From NCBI RefSeq assembly GCF_009914755.1, contig NC_060926.1: a DNA stretch of 64,000 bases; one strand, 5' to 3'. The notes beneath the pieces were generated by a model, which saw only the letters and a program-made list of their open reading frames with translations, was not told the origin of the DNA and searched no databases. Positions 63,023 through 64,000 of the stretch are shown here, in pieces (position 1 is the stretch's first letter; each line of letters opens with the position of its first letter). The translations under genes were made by a program, and so were the position numbers. This DNA comes from the human T2T-CHM13v2.0 reference genome, Homo sapiens.

Positions 63023-64000
63023 CTTTCTGCTTTCTTTATGATCCCAAAGGATTCAGGTCCATTTTCTGTGTAAAGGCCATAATACATGAGAACAAGCAGA
63101 AAGAAAATGGGGATGGGCACCCTTGTATATGGCTATAGGAAGGAAAGGATCAGCTGGTTCCATTCCACATTTGCAATAAACAAACCAGTTTGATTGGGAG
63201 AGGCATGGAATACTTTCTACCCCTTGCTCTGGGGTACCCTCTCCTTTGTTGATTTAGTTCAGGCAACTTGGAGGAGGGACAGGAAGGGCTAGGGCAAACA
63301 TGTCACAGCCTGCAGTGAATAGAGCCAACAGAAAGGAGAGGCAAAGAACAGAGCTGAGAGGAGAGGAAAAGAGGAGAGGCCTCTCTTCCCATCCCACAAC
63401 CTGGGCTCCATCCAACACAAAGTTAATTCCTAACCTCGGCTTCACCACCCTGCCCACTGCTTGCATGATTTATCCCCCTATCTGCCTGCATCGCCTTTAC
63501 AAGCCTCCCAGCCCTGCAGACCATTATAAAAGCTGTCTGTGCTACTGGCTCGACCTGGCCTGGCCCAGGCTCCTGCCACGGTAACCCTTCTCCACCCCTT
63601 CATTTTACAAGCCTTCCACCATCATGGAAATCTGAAATCCCACGAAAGAACAGTAAACATCGCAGGGAAAAGAAAATACCTAGCCAGGCTACTCTGGACA
63701 GCAGAGTCCCAAACAGACTGATGTCTCTAAGCCAGGGATGAAGGCCTCTAGGCAACAGTGAGCTACCTTCTTGCCTGGACTCACCTGGTCAGTAACAAAG
63801 AGATGCACACACAGATGCCAATTCTTCATGGGGCACAGCCAAGAATCCTGGTGCCCTGGGAGTTCCCAGGCTCAGAGAATCAGCCAGAATGTTGGGGAAA
63901 CGCACAAGTAAACACAGGTGTCAGGTTCAGAGAACCATGTGGAAATGTGAAATTTTAAATAACAGAAAGAGACTAAACATTTTTCAAACCACGAACTCAG

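Overview
Human genomic DNA, recognisable as the IHH / NHEJ1 locus at 2q35. The minus strand carries the complete three-exon Indian hedgehog gene (CDS exons 6501-6815, 3778-4039, 1551-2209; 1236 nt = 411 aa + stop), with MIR3131 in intron 1 and a CpG-island promoter. Upstream on the same strand are the last three coding exons of NHEJ1 (XLF/Cernunnos; 24437-24554, 23594-23712, 22729-22803). The rest of the window (24.6-64 kb) is the large NHEJ1 intron that is known to host long-range IHH enhancers. It is rich in Alu, MIR, L1, L2 and DNA-transposon fossils and contains a 7SL retrocopy. I found no new multi-gene system. The points most worth follow-up are: an 82-nt candidate poison exon of NHEJ1 with a perfect TACTAAC branch point; a uORF and in-frame CUG codons upstream of the IHH AUG; a pristine AluYa5 arm fused into an older Alu; a palindromic AT-rich minisatellite grown inside an AluYd tail; and several transcription-factor motif clusters that look like IHH enhancers. 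Repeat boundaries and subfamilies were judged by eye and are approximate.
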